From: an uncultured Gemmatimonadales bacterium
GTDB taxonomy: Bacteria; Gemmatimonadota; Gemmatimonadetes; Longimicrobiales; RSA9
Assembly: GCA_963798845.1 (NCBI GenBank)
Contig: CAWCUS010000006.1
Span: 576,001-640,000 of the forward strand
Length of the DNA: 64,000 nucleotides
Direction: 5' to 3'
The translations under genes and the position numbers were made by a program. The notes below the pieces were generated by a model that was given only the letters and a program-made list of their open reading frames with translations, did not search any database and had not been told where the DNA came from. Shown here piece after piece: positions 37,683 through 46,129 of this stretch. How positions within the stretch are numbered: position 1 is the stretch's first letter; every line of letters begins with the position of its first letter.

Positions 37683-40320
37683 CGGCCGTCAGCCGCTGGA
37701 ACCGGACCTCGGCGTCGACATAGCCCTCGCCGGGCGCGCCGGGGAACCGAACGCGCAGGTGGGCGACCCCGCTCTCCGCGCCCGCGACCTCGGCACCCCT
37801 GAGCCGGCGAACGCGGTCCGTCCTCAGCTCGACCTCGTGCACGCTGCCGGCGGGAGCCTGCAGGCGCAGCACGTAGTCGGGGCCGTCCCGCCGGAAATCC
37901 AGGATCCTGAGCCCATGCGGCGCGTCCCCCACGCGCAGGGGCTCGCGTGGGGGCACGATCTCCACGCCGCCATCGTACTCCAGCTCCACCAGCGCTTCGT
38001 CATCGAGCGGGAGCTCCACGCCGGCGTGCACGTCGTGAGGAGACGCCTCGACCTGGACATCCGCGTCGCGATCGTTCACGGTGGCGCGCGTGACGCGGCT
38101 TCCGAGCGGCAGGGCGGGGGCGACCCGCACGTGCAGCGGCCGTACCGGCCCGCGCCTGGCGAGGTGGATGCAGTACGTCCCGTGTCCGCGCCGGATGGAG
38201 AGATCGACGGTGTCGCGCCCCACCACCACACCGGAGACCTGGAGCGAGTCCCAGTCCGCGGGCAGGTGCGGCGCGAGCTCGAGCGCCGCGTGGGGGGCGT
38301 CCTGAGTCACGCCCAGGAGGCCGCGCACGAGCGGCGTCACGAGCATGGAGGTGGCGAAGAACTGCTGGGGGACCGTGGTATCCAGGGTCCGGTAGAACGC
38401 ACCTGACAGGAGCTCCGGGTTGCGGCCGCGGGCGAAGTCGAACGTGGTCCGCGCGATGTCCCGCAGCAGCTCGTAGCCCTCCCACGAACGGTGGTAGCGG
38501 TAGTGCGCGAGCGCCGTGAAGCCGGTCATGAACGGCCAGACGGCGCCGTTGTTGTAGTGCAGCGGCTGGTACAGCGGGTGCTCCGCGGAGAGCAGCCGCG
38601 TGCCCCAGTCGGTGGTCACGTCCGCCGCCGCCAGCCGGGCCAGCATGCGGTCCGCACGCGCGGGGTCGAGCAGGCCGAACGACATGACGGTCGCTGGCCA
38701 CACCGTCACCGCCGCGTTGACGCGGAGGTCGCCTTCCGCCGCGGCGCGCGTACCTTCCGCCGATTCCTCCCCCGGCTCCAGGAGGGCGAAGGCGTAGATC
38801 CCTTCGTCGCCGAGCCAGAACTGTCGCTCGATCGTGGCGAGGGCGCGCTCCTGGAGCCGGTCGGCGACGGCGGCGAGGCTGTCACGGCCGACCGCGCGGG
38901 CCATGTCCCGGACCCCGCCCAGCGCCACCGTCCACATCCCGGCCAGGTAGATGTCCGTGTGGAGCGACTCGCCGAGCCCTCCGACCTCGATCGCTCCCGC
39001 TCCCGCTGCCGGGTTCTCCATGAGGCCGTCGCCATCGGCGTCCGTGTTGCGCGACCATTCGAACGCGCGCTCGATGGCAGCCCATTCCGAGCGGAGGAAG
39101 CCGGTGTCCCCGCTGGCCCGCCAGTACTCGGAGCACGCCACGATCCAGTACGGGGTCGTGTCGCCGTGGTACCAGGTGTAGGGGTAGTCGGAGAACCACG
39201 GCAGCCACGGCGCGGCGTGGGAGATCTCGTGCGGGATCTTGCCGTCCGCGCGCTGGTACCGGGCGAGAAACTCGAGCCCGGCCCGCACCATCGCGAGCTG
39301 TCCCGTCCCGTCCATGGCGAAGGAGTTGATGGCGGCGTCCCCGCCGAAATACCAGCCGAAGCCGGGGCGGAAGTTCCCCGCGCCGGCCCGACCGAAGCCG
39401 GCGACGAGGCCACAGCCCAGGCCCGGATTGCACACCAGCTGCTGGTCGAGGTTGACGCGCGCCCAGTCGTACGCGGCGTCCAGCCAGGGCTCGGGAGAGC
39501 GGAGCGTGGGTCCGCCCGAAAGCACGCCGCGGTAGTGCCCGGCGCTCTCGCGCCAGTACGCCGGCGCGCCGGTCAGCAGACGCTCGTAGATGCCGGCCAC
39601 GCTGTCGGCGCTGATCGCGCCACCCGCGAAAGCGATGGGGATCAGGTCCCCCGTCGAGCGCGCGGGATCGAAGCGGAGCGTGAACCGGCTCGGGATGGTG
39701 GGGGCGTCGTGAGCGGGGTGGGTGGTGCCGTCCACCGCGAACGGGGAGCCCACCATGGCGTTGAAGCGGTGCACTCCGCCCTCCGAGAGCAGGAACGCGC
39801 GGCGGTCCTCGTCCCACGTCATGTACTGCCCGCCGAAGCTCCCCGGCCACGCCAGATCGAAGTCGGCGTGCATCCCGACCCGGATCTCCAGCGGCCCGAC
39901 CGTCCGAACGTCCAGGAGGATCACGCCGCCGCGCTCGTCCCGCGGCACCAGGATGTGCTCGCGTACGGTGAACGTGGCGTGGGTGTACGTCACGGTCGTC
40001 GCAGCCGGCGTGACCTCGACCGTGGTCGCGACCCGTGCGCCGGGGATCGGATCATCGTACTCGGGGATGGCGAACGAGAGCTCCAGGTCCCGCACCAGCT
40101 TGAGCGGCCACGCCCACAGCTCGAGCGCGCCCGTCTCGTCTCCGAACACCGCCGCCCGCCTTCCCGTCACAGAGATGAAGGCGCCGGGACGCGCAGGTCC
40201 CTCCAGGCGCAGGGCCGGGTCCGGGGTCTCGAAACTGGACACCCCCTGTCCACTGGCGGGGGCATGCACGAGCACCGAAAGAGCCAGCGCCGACGCGGCG
40301 CACCGGGCGATGGTGGGCAT
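37561..40320 (-). CDS. Secreted amylo-alpha-1,6-glucosidase/GH63-like (alpha/alpha)6 glycoside hydrolase (true stop probably 37689)
   Basis: GFGWYFGGD, GKIPHE, DADGDGL, YNNGAVWPF and PQQFF motifs. Signal peptide from ATG 40320. Confidence 0.85.
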   Translation of the reverse strand: MPTIARCAASALALSVLVHAPASGQGVSSFETPDPALRLEGPARPGAFISVTGRRAAVFGDETGALELWAWPLKLVRDLELSFAIPEYDDPIPGARVATTVEVTPAATTVTYTHATFTVREHILVPRDERGGVILLDVRTVGPLEIRVGMHADFDLAWPGSFGGQYMTWDEDRRAFLLSEGGVHRFNAMVGSPFAVDGTTHPAHDAPTIPSRFTLRFDPARSTGDLIPIAFAGGAISADSVAGIYERLLTGAPAYWRESAGHYRGVLSGGPTLRSPEPWLDAAYDWARVNLDQQLVCNPGLGCGLVAGFGRAGAGNFRPGFGWYFGGDAAINSFAMDGTGQLAMVRAGLEFLARYQRADGKIPHEISHAAPWLPWFSDYPYTWYHGDTTPYWIVACSEYWRASGDTGFLRSEWAAIERAFEWSRNTDADGDGLMENPAAGAGAIEVGGLGESLHTDIYLAGMWTVALGGVRDMARAVGRDSLAAVADRLQERALATIERQFWLGDEGIYAFALLEPGEESAEGTRAAAEGDLRVNAAVTVWPATVMSFGLLDPARADRMLARLAAADVTTDWGTRLLSAEHPLYQPLHYNNGAVWPFMTGFTALAHYRYHRSWEGYELLRDIARTTFDFARGRNPELLSGAFYRTLDTTVPQQFFATSMLVTPLVRGLLGVTQDAPHAALELAPHLPADWDSLQVSGVVVGRDTVDLSIRRGHGTYCIHLARRGPVRPLHVRVAPALPLGSRVTRATVNDRDADVQVEASPHDVHAGVELPLDDEALVELEYDGGVEIVPPREPLRVGDAPHGLRILDFRRDGPDYVLRLQAPAGSVHEVELRTDRVRRLRGAEVAGAESGVAHLRVRFPGAPGEGYVDAEVRFQRLTAATPPRPWSRTPSAKGRRRPRPPAPAAAPWTRSSGSACHGR

Positions 40321-40371
40321 GGTCCATGAAGATACGGCTCCAGTGGCCGCGGCCAAGCCCGCCCCCGGCCG

Positions 40372-40387
40372 TGGCACGGGTGATGCA
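40372..40387 (+). promoter_or_regulatory. Sigma54 (-24/-12) promoter of the lytic transglycosylase gene
   Basis: TGGCACGGGTGATGCA with GG-N10-GC spacing, 54 nt upstream of ATG 40441. Confidence 0.7.
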
Positions 40388-40440
40388 CCCTAATACGTTG
40401 AATTCCTTGCGGTTACACGGGGAATGGGGGGGAGAGACGA

Positions 40441-41364
40441 ATGGGCGAGCTGGAACAGAACGATCGGCGGCGGGACCAGGGTGCGGGGCCGTTCCCGCAG
40501 GAACGCGTGGGCGATCACGTATGGGAGCCCACGGAAATCGAGCGGGGGCCGTTCGAGCGGCGGCGGTCCGGGGACCGGCGCGCACTGGACCCGGCGGAGG
40601 CGGGGGGCACCGGTGCCGCGGGCGACGAGGACATGGAGCGTCGCCGGCGCTGGGGGCGTCGGAAGTCGGACGTCCTGTCCACGTCGGCGAGGGAATCGCT
40701 GCTCGGTCGAAGCCGGATGTTCGTCCGTCGTTTCCAGAAGCCGCTGATCGGCCTCACGCTGGCGGGGGCCGCCGCTCCGCTGATCAACGCCGGGACACGC
40801 TCCGCGGCGGACGGCAGGACGCCCGCGACCGTGAAGGAGCCACGGGCCGCGCGTCCGGGGGAGGGCGCGACGCAGGCGGCGCAGGCGACGGACCTGGACT
40901 CGAGCGTGTCGGAGGCGTGGGCGGAGGCGAACGCCGCGGCCGTCCGGGAGCAGACGGTCCAGGGCGCGGTCACGCACTACAACATCGATTCGGAGCTGGC
41001 GACGCAGATCTACGACGCGGCCACGCGCCACCAGATCGAGCCCGACGTGGCGTATGGACTGGTGTTCACCGAGAGCACGTTCCGGCAGCGCGCCGTGAGC
41101 AACGTGGGCGCGCGCGGCCTGACGCAGGTCATGCCGCGCACGGCGCGCTGGCTCAAGCCGGGCACCACGGCGCGTGACCTCTACGACCCGGCCACGAACC
41201 TGGATGTCGGCTTCAGGTACCTGAAACGGCTCATCGACCGGTACGACGGCGACGTGGAGACGGCCCTGACCGCGTACAACCGTGGTCCCGGGACCGTGGA
41301 CAGGATCCTCAAGCGGGGCGGCAACCCGGACAACGGGTACGCCGGGAAGGTGTTGACGGGGTGA
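40441..41364 (+). CDS. Lytic transglycosylase (SLT domain) with N-terminal Arg-rich extension and membrane anchor
   Basis: TESTF (catalytic Glu), AVSNVGARGLTQVMP, DPATNL and ALTAYNRG motifs. Confidence 0.92.
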   Translation: MGELEQNDRRRDQGAGPFPQERVGDHVWEPTEIERGPFERRRSGDRRALDPAEAGGTGAAGDEDMERRRRWGRRKSDVLSTSARESLLGRSRMFVRRFQKPLIGLTLAGAAAPLINAGTRSAADGRTPATVKEPRAARPGEGATQAAQATDLDSSVSEAWAEANAAAVREQTVQGAVTHYNIDSELATQIYDAATRHQIEPDVAYGLVFTESTFRQRAVSNVGARGLTQVMPRTARWLKPGTTARDLYDPATNLDVGFRYLKRLIDRYDGDVETALTAYNRGPGTVDRILKRGGNPDNGYAGKVLTG

Positions 41365-41409
41365 GGGCCGTGGCGCAGGCCTGACGTCCGGCTCCGCGCG
41401 GCGGAAGAC

Positions 41410-41443
41410 AGCCCCGCCGGCTCCCTCGAGGGCCGGCGGGGCT
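41410..41443. terminator. Bidirectional terminator-like hairpin between convergent genes
   Basis: AGCCCCGCCGGC-N10-GCCGGCGGGGCT, a perfect 12-bp stem. Confidence 0.7.
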
Positions 41444-41451
41444 TCGACTCG

Positions 41452-42231
41452 TCAGATCTTACGGAGCCGGATGCTTCCGTTCACCGTGGAGAGACGCATC
41501 TCCGGGCCGCCATCGCCGATGCTCCCGCGCAGGCTGCGCGGGTTCATCTTCCCGTGGACCATGATGGGGAAGTCCGAGTCGATGCCGCCGTTGACCGTGG
41601 TGGCGTGGAAGTCGGCGTTCAGCCCTTCCGGTATCTCGACGGTGATGCTGCCATTCACGGTCTGGAACTCCACGTCGTCGGAGAGCCGGCTGTCGCCCAG
41701 ACGACACGTGATGTCACCGTTCACCGAGCTCGCATTGGCGAAGCCGGAGGTCTGCACGTCCACGTCCCCGTTGACCGTGGTCGCGTGCACGTCGGACTGC
41801 ACGCCGCTGGCGTGGATCTCACCGTTCACCGTGACCCCGGCCAGCTTCACGCCGCGCGGGACCTGAACCGTGAACTCGACCTTGACGTCGTTGTCCCGGA
41901 CGTTGTTGCTCCCACCGCCCGGGCGGCATTCGTTGGCCCGCCGCGAGCCGGACGGCGTGGGGTAGATCGCGCAGATCGTGACACCGTCGTCGTGCTCCAC
42001 CACTTCGATGCGCACGCTGCCCGGGTCGTCTCGCCGGCCCTTGCGGCTGGCTACCACGTGGGCCTCGGCGTCCGGGCTCGCGGTGGCGTCGATGCTCCCG
42101 TTGACGCCACGGATCTCGAGCGTCTCGCCCTCGGCGATCTTGCCGTTCCAGCGGAAATCCGGCGACTGGGCGGCGCCGGGCGCAGCCGTGGCCACGATCA
42201 CTGCGGCGGCGAGCAGAATGCTGCTCTTCAT
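41452..42231 (-). CDS. DUF4097 family beta-strand-repeat secreted protein
   Basis: Signal peptide and repeated TVNG(S/D/E)I units. Confidence 0.88.
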   Translation of the reverse strand: MKSSILLAAAVIVATAAPGAAQSPDFRWNGKIAEGETLEIRGVNGSIDATASPDAEAHVVASRKGRRDDPGSVRIEVVEHDDGVTICAIYPTPSGSRRANECRPGGGSNNVRDNDVKVEFTVQVPRGVKLAGVTVNGEIHASGVQSDVHATTVNGDVDVQTSGFANASSVNGDITCRLGDSRLSDDVEFQTVNGSITVEIPEGLNADFHATTVNGGIDSDFPIMVHGKMNPRSLRGSIGDGGPEMRLSTVNGSIRLRKI

Positions 42232-42258
42232 CGGTCCCTCCTCTATCAGCGCGACCCC

Positions 42259-43104
42259 TCAGTGGGGGCGCGTCAGCCTGATCTCACCGTTGAATGATTC
42301 CAGCTCGAGCCGCGCGCTGCCGGAACCGAGCGTGAAGCTGAACTGCCGGTCACGCGTCGAGCCGCTGAGACGGATCGGGAAGTCGCTCTCGAACTCCCCC
42401 TGGTACGTCGCCACAACCACCATGGCGTTGGCGCCCTCCCCCACCGAAACCGCGACGTCTCCGTTGTGGGTCGAGAAGACGTAGCGCCCGTCGTCGACGA
42501 TGGTGCCGTCGTACACCACGTCGCCGTTCACGGTGGTCGCCCGCGCACTGGCGGAGCGGACGCGGCGCATGGTGATGTCGCCGTTCGTCGTCTCGACGTA
42601 GATGTCGCCGTCCACGCCATCGAGCATCACGTCCTCGTTGACGGAGATCGCTTCGATCCGGCCGCTGGCCTTCGCCACCGTGATGTCGCCCTGGATGCTC
42701 CGCAGGCTCACCAGTCCGGCGCCGCCCACCACGTGGACGTCACCGCCCACCGTCTCCACGGAGACCTCCCCCCGCGTGCCGGTCACCGTCACGTCCACGC
42801 GATTCCCCTGCACCCGCACGTTCATCCACTCGGGGACGGTGATGCGCACGTCCATGTCCTCCCGCGCGGACCGGGGGCCGGGGCGCACCCGGACCGTGGA
42901 GCCGTCGCGCACCACGTCCAGCGACGCCCGGTCCCCGTCGCCCGCGATCCCGACCGCGCTGCGATCCCAGGTCGACACGATCACCTCGCCCCGCACGTTC
43001 ACCACCTCGAGGCGCGCTCCCCGGGACACCGTTATGGCCGTGTCCTGGGCCGCAGGAGGCGATCCGGCCAGGGCGAGGGCCGCCGTCAACAATGCCGTCA
43101 GCAT
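42259..43104 (-). CDS. DUF4097 family beta-strand-repeat secreted protein
   Basis: Signal peptide and repeated ETxNGDI/TTVNGDV/STHNGDV units. Confidence 0.88.
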   Translation of the reverse strand: MLTALLTAALALAGSPPAAQDTAITVSRGARLEVVNVRGEVIVSTWDRSAVGIAGDGDRASLDVVRDGSTVRVRPGPRSAREDMDVRITVPEWMNVRVQGNRVDVTVTGTRGEVSVETVGGDVHVVGGAGLVSLRSIQGDITVAKASGRIEAISVNEDVMLDGVDGDIYVETTNGDITMRRVRSASARATTVNGDVVYDGTIVDDGRYVFSTHNGDVAVSVGEGANAMVVVATYQGEFESDFPIRLSGSTRDRQFSFTLGSGSARLELESFNGEIRLTRPH

Positions 43105-43126
43105 GATATCTATCCCGCCTTCGTCG

Positions 43127-43810
43127 TTAGATGCTCGCCGCCTGCCGGAGCAGGTCCATCTTCCGTCGCATGGTGTCCGCCAGATGCTCGCTCAGGAACG
43201 CGCTCGAGGGATCCGCGGTCAGTGCCCGCCGCGCTTCCGCGATCGCGCCGTCGATGATCTGGAGGTTCCGCTCCACCACGATGATGGTCTCCGGGTCCAG
43301 CTCGTTGCGCCTGTGCTCGAACTCCGCCTCGAGATCCGCCACCGCGTGGTCGTAGGCCGTTGTGAACGATACTGCCGTGGCAGCCGACCTCCCGTCCGCG
43401 GGCGCCGCGGCCACGGCCGATCCCGGCTCGACGGCCGGAGCGTGCCGGAGCGCCGCCCACACGCCGCTCGCCGAAAGGAGCGCCGCGGTCAGCACGGCCG
43501 CCGCGAGCTGCGGGACCGTGAACAGGAAGCGACGGCGCACGCGCGCCAGCGGGACCACGCGAGCGTCCGGAGCGGCGAGCGTCCGGGCGCGCGGCGTCAG
43601 CTGCGCCTCGATGCCCGGCCAGAGATCGTGGGCTGGCGGGAGCTGCGGCAGCGACGCGGCCTGCGCGACAACCGCCCGCAGCTCATCCACGGTGGCAGCG
43701 CACTCTCCGCACTCGAGGAGGTGGGCTTCCATGCCCCGGAGCTCGGCTTCCTCCAGCTCCCCGTCGATGTACTCGGACAGTCGTGCCGTCCACTCGTCAC
43801 GCGTTCTCAT
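43127..43810 (-). CDS. Anti-sigma factor (zf-HC2) with TM helix
   Basis: LSEYIDGEL...HLLECGEC (HxxxCxxC), DLWPGI and a TM segment. Follows the ECF sigma gene. Confidence 0.9.
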   Translation of the reverse strand: MRTRDEWTARLSEYIDGELEEAELRGMEAHLLECGECAATVDELRAVVAQAASLPQLPPAHDLWPGIEAQLTPRARTLAAPDARVVPLARVRRRFLFTVPQLAAAVLTAALLSASGVWAALRHAPAVEPGSAVAAAPADGRSAATAVSFTTAYDHAVADLEAEFEHRRNELDPETIIVVERNLQIIDGAIAEARRALTADPSSAFLSEHLADTMRRKMDLLRQAASI

Positions 43811-43811
43811 C

Positions 43812-44354
43812 TCACGCCCTCAGGTGTGCCCGCAGCGCCATGCGCGCTTCGTGCAGCTGTGACTTCGAAGTTCCCGCCGAGATCCCGAGCATGTCTCCGA
43901 TCTCCCGGTGCTTGAATCCCTCCACATCGTGGAGCACGAACACCTCCCGCATCCCGTTCGGCAGACGGGCCATCGCCCGTTCCAGGTCCATCCGGTGCTC
44001 CGGGTGGGACCGCGGAGCCGTCGCCCGCTCCAGGGCTCCCTGGTCCGCGACGAAGCGGTCGAGCCGCTTCCCCGCCTTCGCCCGCCGCGCCAGGCAGACG
44101 TTGATCGCCAGGCGGTACAGCCACGTCCCGAACGACGACTTCCTTCCGAACAGCTCCAGCTTCTCCCACGCCCGGACGAACACGTCCTGCGTCACATCCT
44201 CCGCCAGCCCGCTCCCGACCATCCGCATCGCGAGCGCGTGGATCCGCCCCACGTGCTGCCGGTACAGGCGCTCGAATGCCCGGGTGTCGCCCGCCATCGC
44301 GAGCTCGACGTCGTCCGCATCCGTGGTTCGAAGCATCTCGGCCGTTTCAACCAT
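43812..44354 (-). CDS. ECF RNA polymerase sigma factor
   Basis: AFERLY, AEDVTQDVF, FGTWLYRLAIN and EIGDMLGISAGTSKSQLHEAR motifs. Confidence 0.95.
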   Translation of the reverse strand: MVETAEMLRTTDADDVELAMAGDTRAFERLYRQHVGRIHALAMRMVGSGLAEDVTQDVFVRAWEKLELFGRKSSFGTWLYRLAINVCLARRAKAGKRLDRFVADQGALERATAPRSHPEHRMDLERAMARLPNGMREVFVLHDVEGFKHREIGDMLGISAGTSKSQLHEARMALRAHLRA

Positions 44355-44419
44355 TCCGAGTGTTGAGATAGGGCGGGGGGGGGAATGGTTGGGAAGATAG
44401 GGGGATTGGCTCGCTGGCG

Positions 44420-44556
44420 CTCGCAGAGGGGCTCGGCCTGCGGCCTCGCAGAGGGGCTCGGCCTGCGGCCTCGCAGAGGGGCTCGGGCTTCGCCCTCGCA
44501 GAGGGGCTCGGGCTTCGCCCTCGCAGAGGGGCTCGGGCTTCGCCCTCGCAGAGGGG
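44420..44556. repeat. Intergenic 25-nt tandem array x6 with internal mini-hairpin
   Basis: TCGCAGAGGGG at 44421, 44446, 44471, 44496, 44521 and 44546. Internal GGCC-TGC-GGCC (2 units) or GGGC-TTC-GCCC (3 units). Confidence 0.92.
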
Positions 44557-44619
44557 GGAGGGGGGAGGGGGAGGGAGAGACGCCGGGCGAGGGGGGGCCG
44601 GGCGTCTCGTCGGGGGGCG

Positions 44620-45237
44620 CTAGTTCAGCAGGGGCTCGATCAGCTCTGCGAAGCTGGTGCGGGCCCGGTGCAGCCGGCTCTTGACCGTGCCCAGGTTCAC
44701 GCCCGTGATCTCCGCGATCTCCTCATAGCTCTTCCCCTCCAGCTCACGCAGCCGGAAGACCAGCTGATGATGCGCGGGCAGCTCCGACACCGTCTTCTCC
44801 ACGATCTCTTCCAGGTACCGATTCCGGTACAGGCGGTCCGGCTTCATCGCCGAGTCCTCGAACTGCAGCGGACGATGGTCCGGCTCCCAGTGCGTCGTCA
44901 GCTTCTGGAAGAGCACCAGCGGGCTCCGCGAACGGTTGCGCAGCTCGTTCTTCGACAGGTTCGAGCAGATGGTGTAGATCCAGGTCGAGAACTTCTTCGA
45001 CTGATCGAACCGGTGCAGGTGACGCGTCACCCGCACGAACGCCTCCTGGACCAGATCCTCGGCCCGGTCCCGGTCCCCCGTCTTCCGCGCGATGAAATGC
45101 ACCAGGCGGTCCCGGTACCTGTTGTACAGCTCCGAGAACGCAAGCGGATGACCCTCCAGGTGAGCCGCCACCAGCTCGCTGTCCGTCATGTCCAGCAGCG
45201 ACACCCGCTTCTGTTCTTCAGACTTCATAATCGCCAT
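44620..45237 (-). CDS. ECF RNA polymerase sigma factor (SigW/RpoE-like), no adjacent anti-sigma
   Basis: AEDLVQEAF, KFSTWIYTI and SYEEIAEITGVNLGTVKSRLHRAR motifs. GAGGGG RBS before ATG 45237. Confidence 0.95.
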   Translation of the reverse strand: MAIMKSEEQKRVSLLDMTDSELVAAHLEGHPLAFSELYNRYRDRLVHFIARKTGDRDRAEDLVQEAFVRVTRHLHRFDQSKKFSTWIYTICSNLSKNELRNRSRSPLVLFQKLTTHWEPDHRPLQFEDSAMKPDRLYRNRYLEEIVEKTVSELPAHHQLVFRLRELEGKSYEEIAEITGVNLGTVKSRLHRARTSFAELIEPLLN

Positions 45238-45359
45238 GCACACCCCTCGGCTATCTCAACCCCAACGGGGACCCGCGCCCCCTCGATTCACCCACCGCCA
45301 AAGCACGGGCCCGGTTTCACCCGCAGCGAAAACCGGGCCGTTCCTTCAACCGACGTTGA

Positions 45360-45388
45360 AATATAAGGCCACACCACCACAGCCGCAA
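45360..45388 (-). promoter_or_regulatory. Sigma70-type promoter of the second ECF sigma gene
   Basis: Minus strand TTGCGG-N17-TATATT. Confidence 0.6.
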
Positions 45389-45454
45389 GCCCTGTTTCGA
45401 CCCGCGTTGAACTATAGTGAGAACGGTTCCGGTTCGCAAGACGCGAGGGATCAC

Positions 45455-45510
45455 CGGAGATCCGGAGAACCCCCATTTCCCGCGGAGATGCGGAGAACCC
45501 CCATTTCCCG
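45455..45510. repeat. 28-nt tandem duplication
   Basis: CGGAGAT(C/G)CGGAGAACCCCCATTTCCCG x2 with 1 mismatch. Confidence 0.9.
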
Positions 45511-45565
45511 CCAAAAAGTGGAGGATGCCGGGAATTGTGCGGGACGTGCTCCGGTGCCGGGCGTC

Positions 45566-46087
45566 CTACTCGGCGGCGTCGGGCTCGAGGGTCATCTGCA
45601 TGACGCGTCCCTGGAGCCCGCGGTCCTTGCTGGAGACGTTGGCGACGTCATCGAGGCGCTCGGCGACCTCGTCGAGGACGCGGAGTCCGTTCTCGGGGCG
45701 TCGCATCTCGCGGCGGCGGAAGCGGACGGTGATGCGGACGTGCTGGCCCTTCCTGAGAAAGCGGCGGGCGTTGCGGACCTTGAAGTCCATGTCGTGCTCG
45801 TCGGTCTTTGGCCGGAACTTGAGTTCCTTGAGCTCGTAGGTGTGCTGCTTCTTCCTGGCTTCCTTGGCCGCCTTCTGCTGCTCGTACTGGTACTTGCCCC
45901 AGTCCATGATGCGGACGACGGGCGGGCGGGCGCCGGGAGCGACCTCGACGAGGTCGAGGCCGAAGTCGGCGGCTTTCCGCCGTGCTTCGTCGATGGGGAT
46001 GATGCCCAGCTGTTCGCCGTCGGGGTCGATGAGGCGGATGGGGCTGATGCGGATGTCGTCGTTGACGCGGGTTCTGGTCCTGGCTAT
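45566..46087 (-). CDS. infC: Translation initiation factor IF-3 with non-canonical ATA start
   Basis: RVNDDIRISPIRLIDPDGEQLGI, LDLVEVAP, PPVVRIMDWGKYQYE and LKELKFRPKTDEHD motifs. GAGGAGG sits 5 nt before an in-frame ATA at 46087. Confidence 0.93.
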   Translation of the reverse strand: MARTRTRVNDDIRISPIRLIDPDGEQLGIIPIDEARRKAADFGLDLVEVAPGARPPVVRIMDWGKYQYEQQKAAKEARKKQHTYELKELKFRPKTDEHDMDFKVRNARRFLRKGQHVRITVRFRRREMRRPENGLRVLDEVAERLDDVANVSSKDRGLQGRVMQMTLEPDAAE

Positions 46088-46129
46088 GAGAGCCTCCTCG
46101 GGGAAGTGAGCGTGGTCGCGGTGAGGGGG

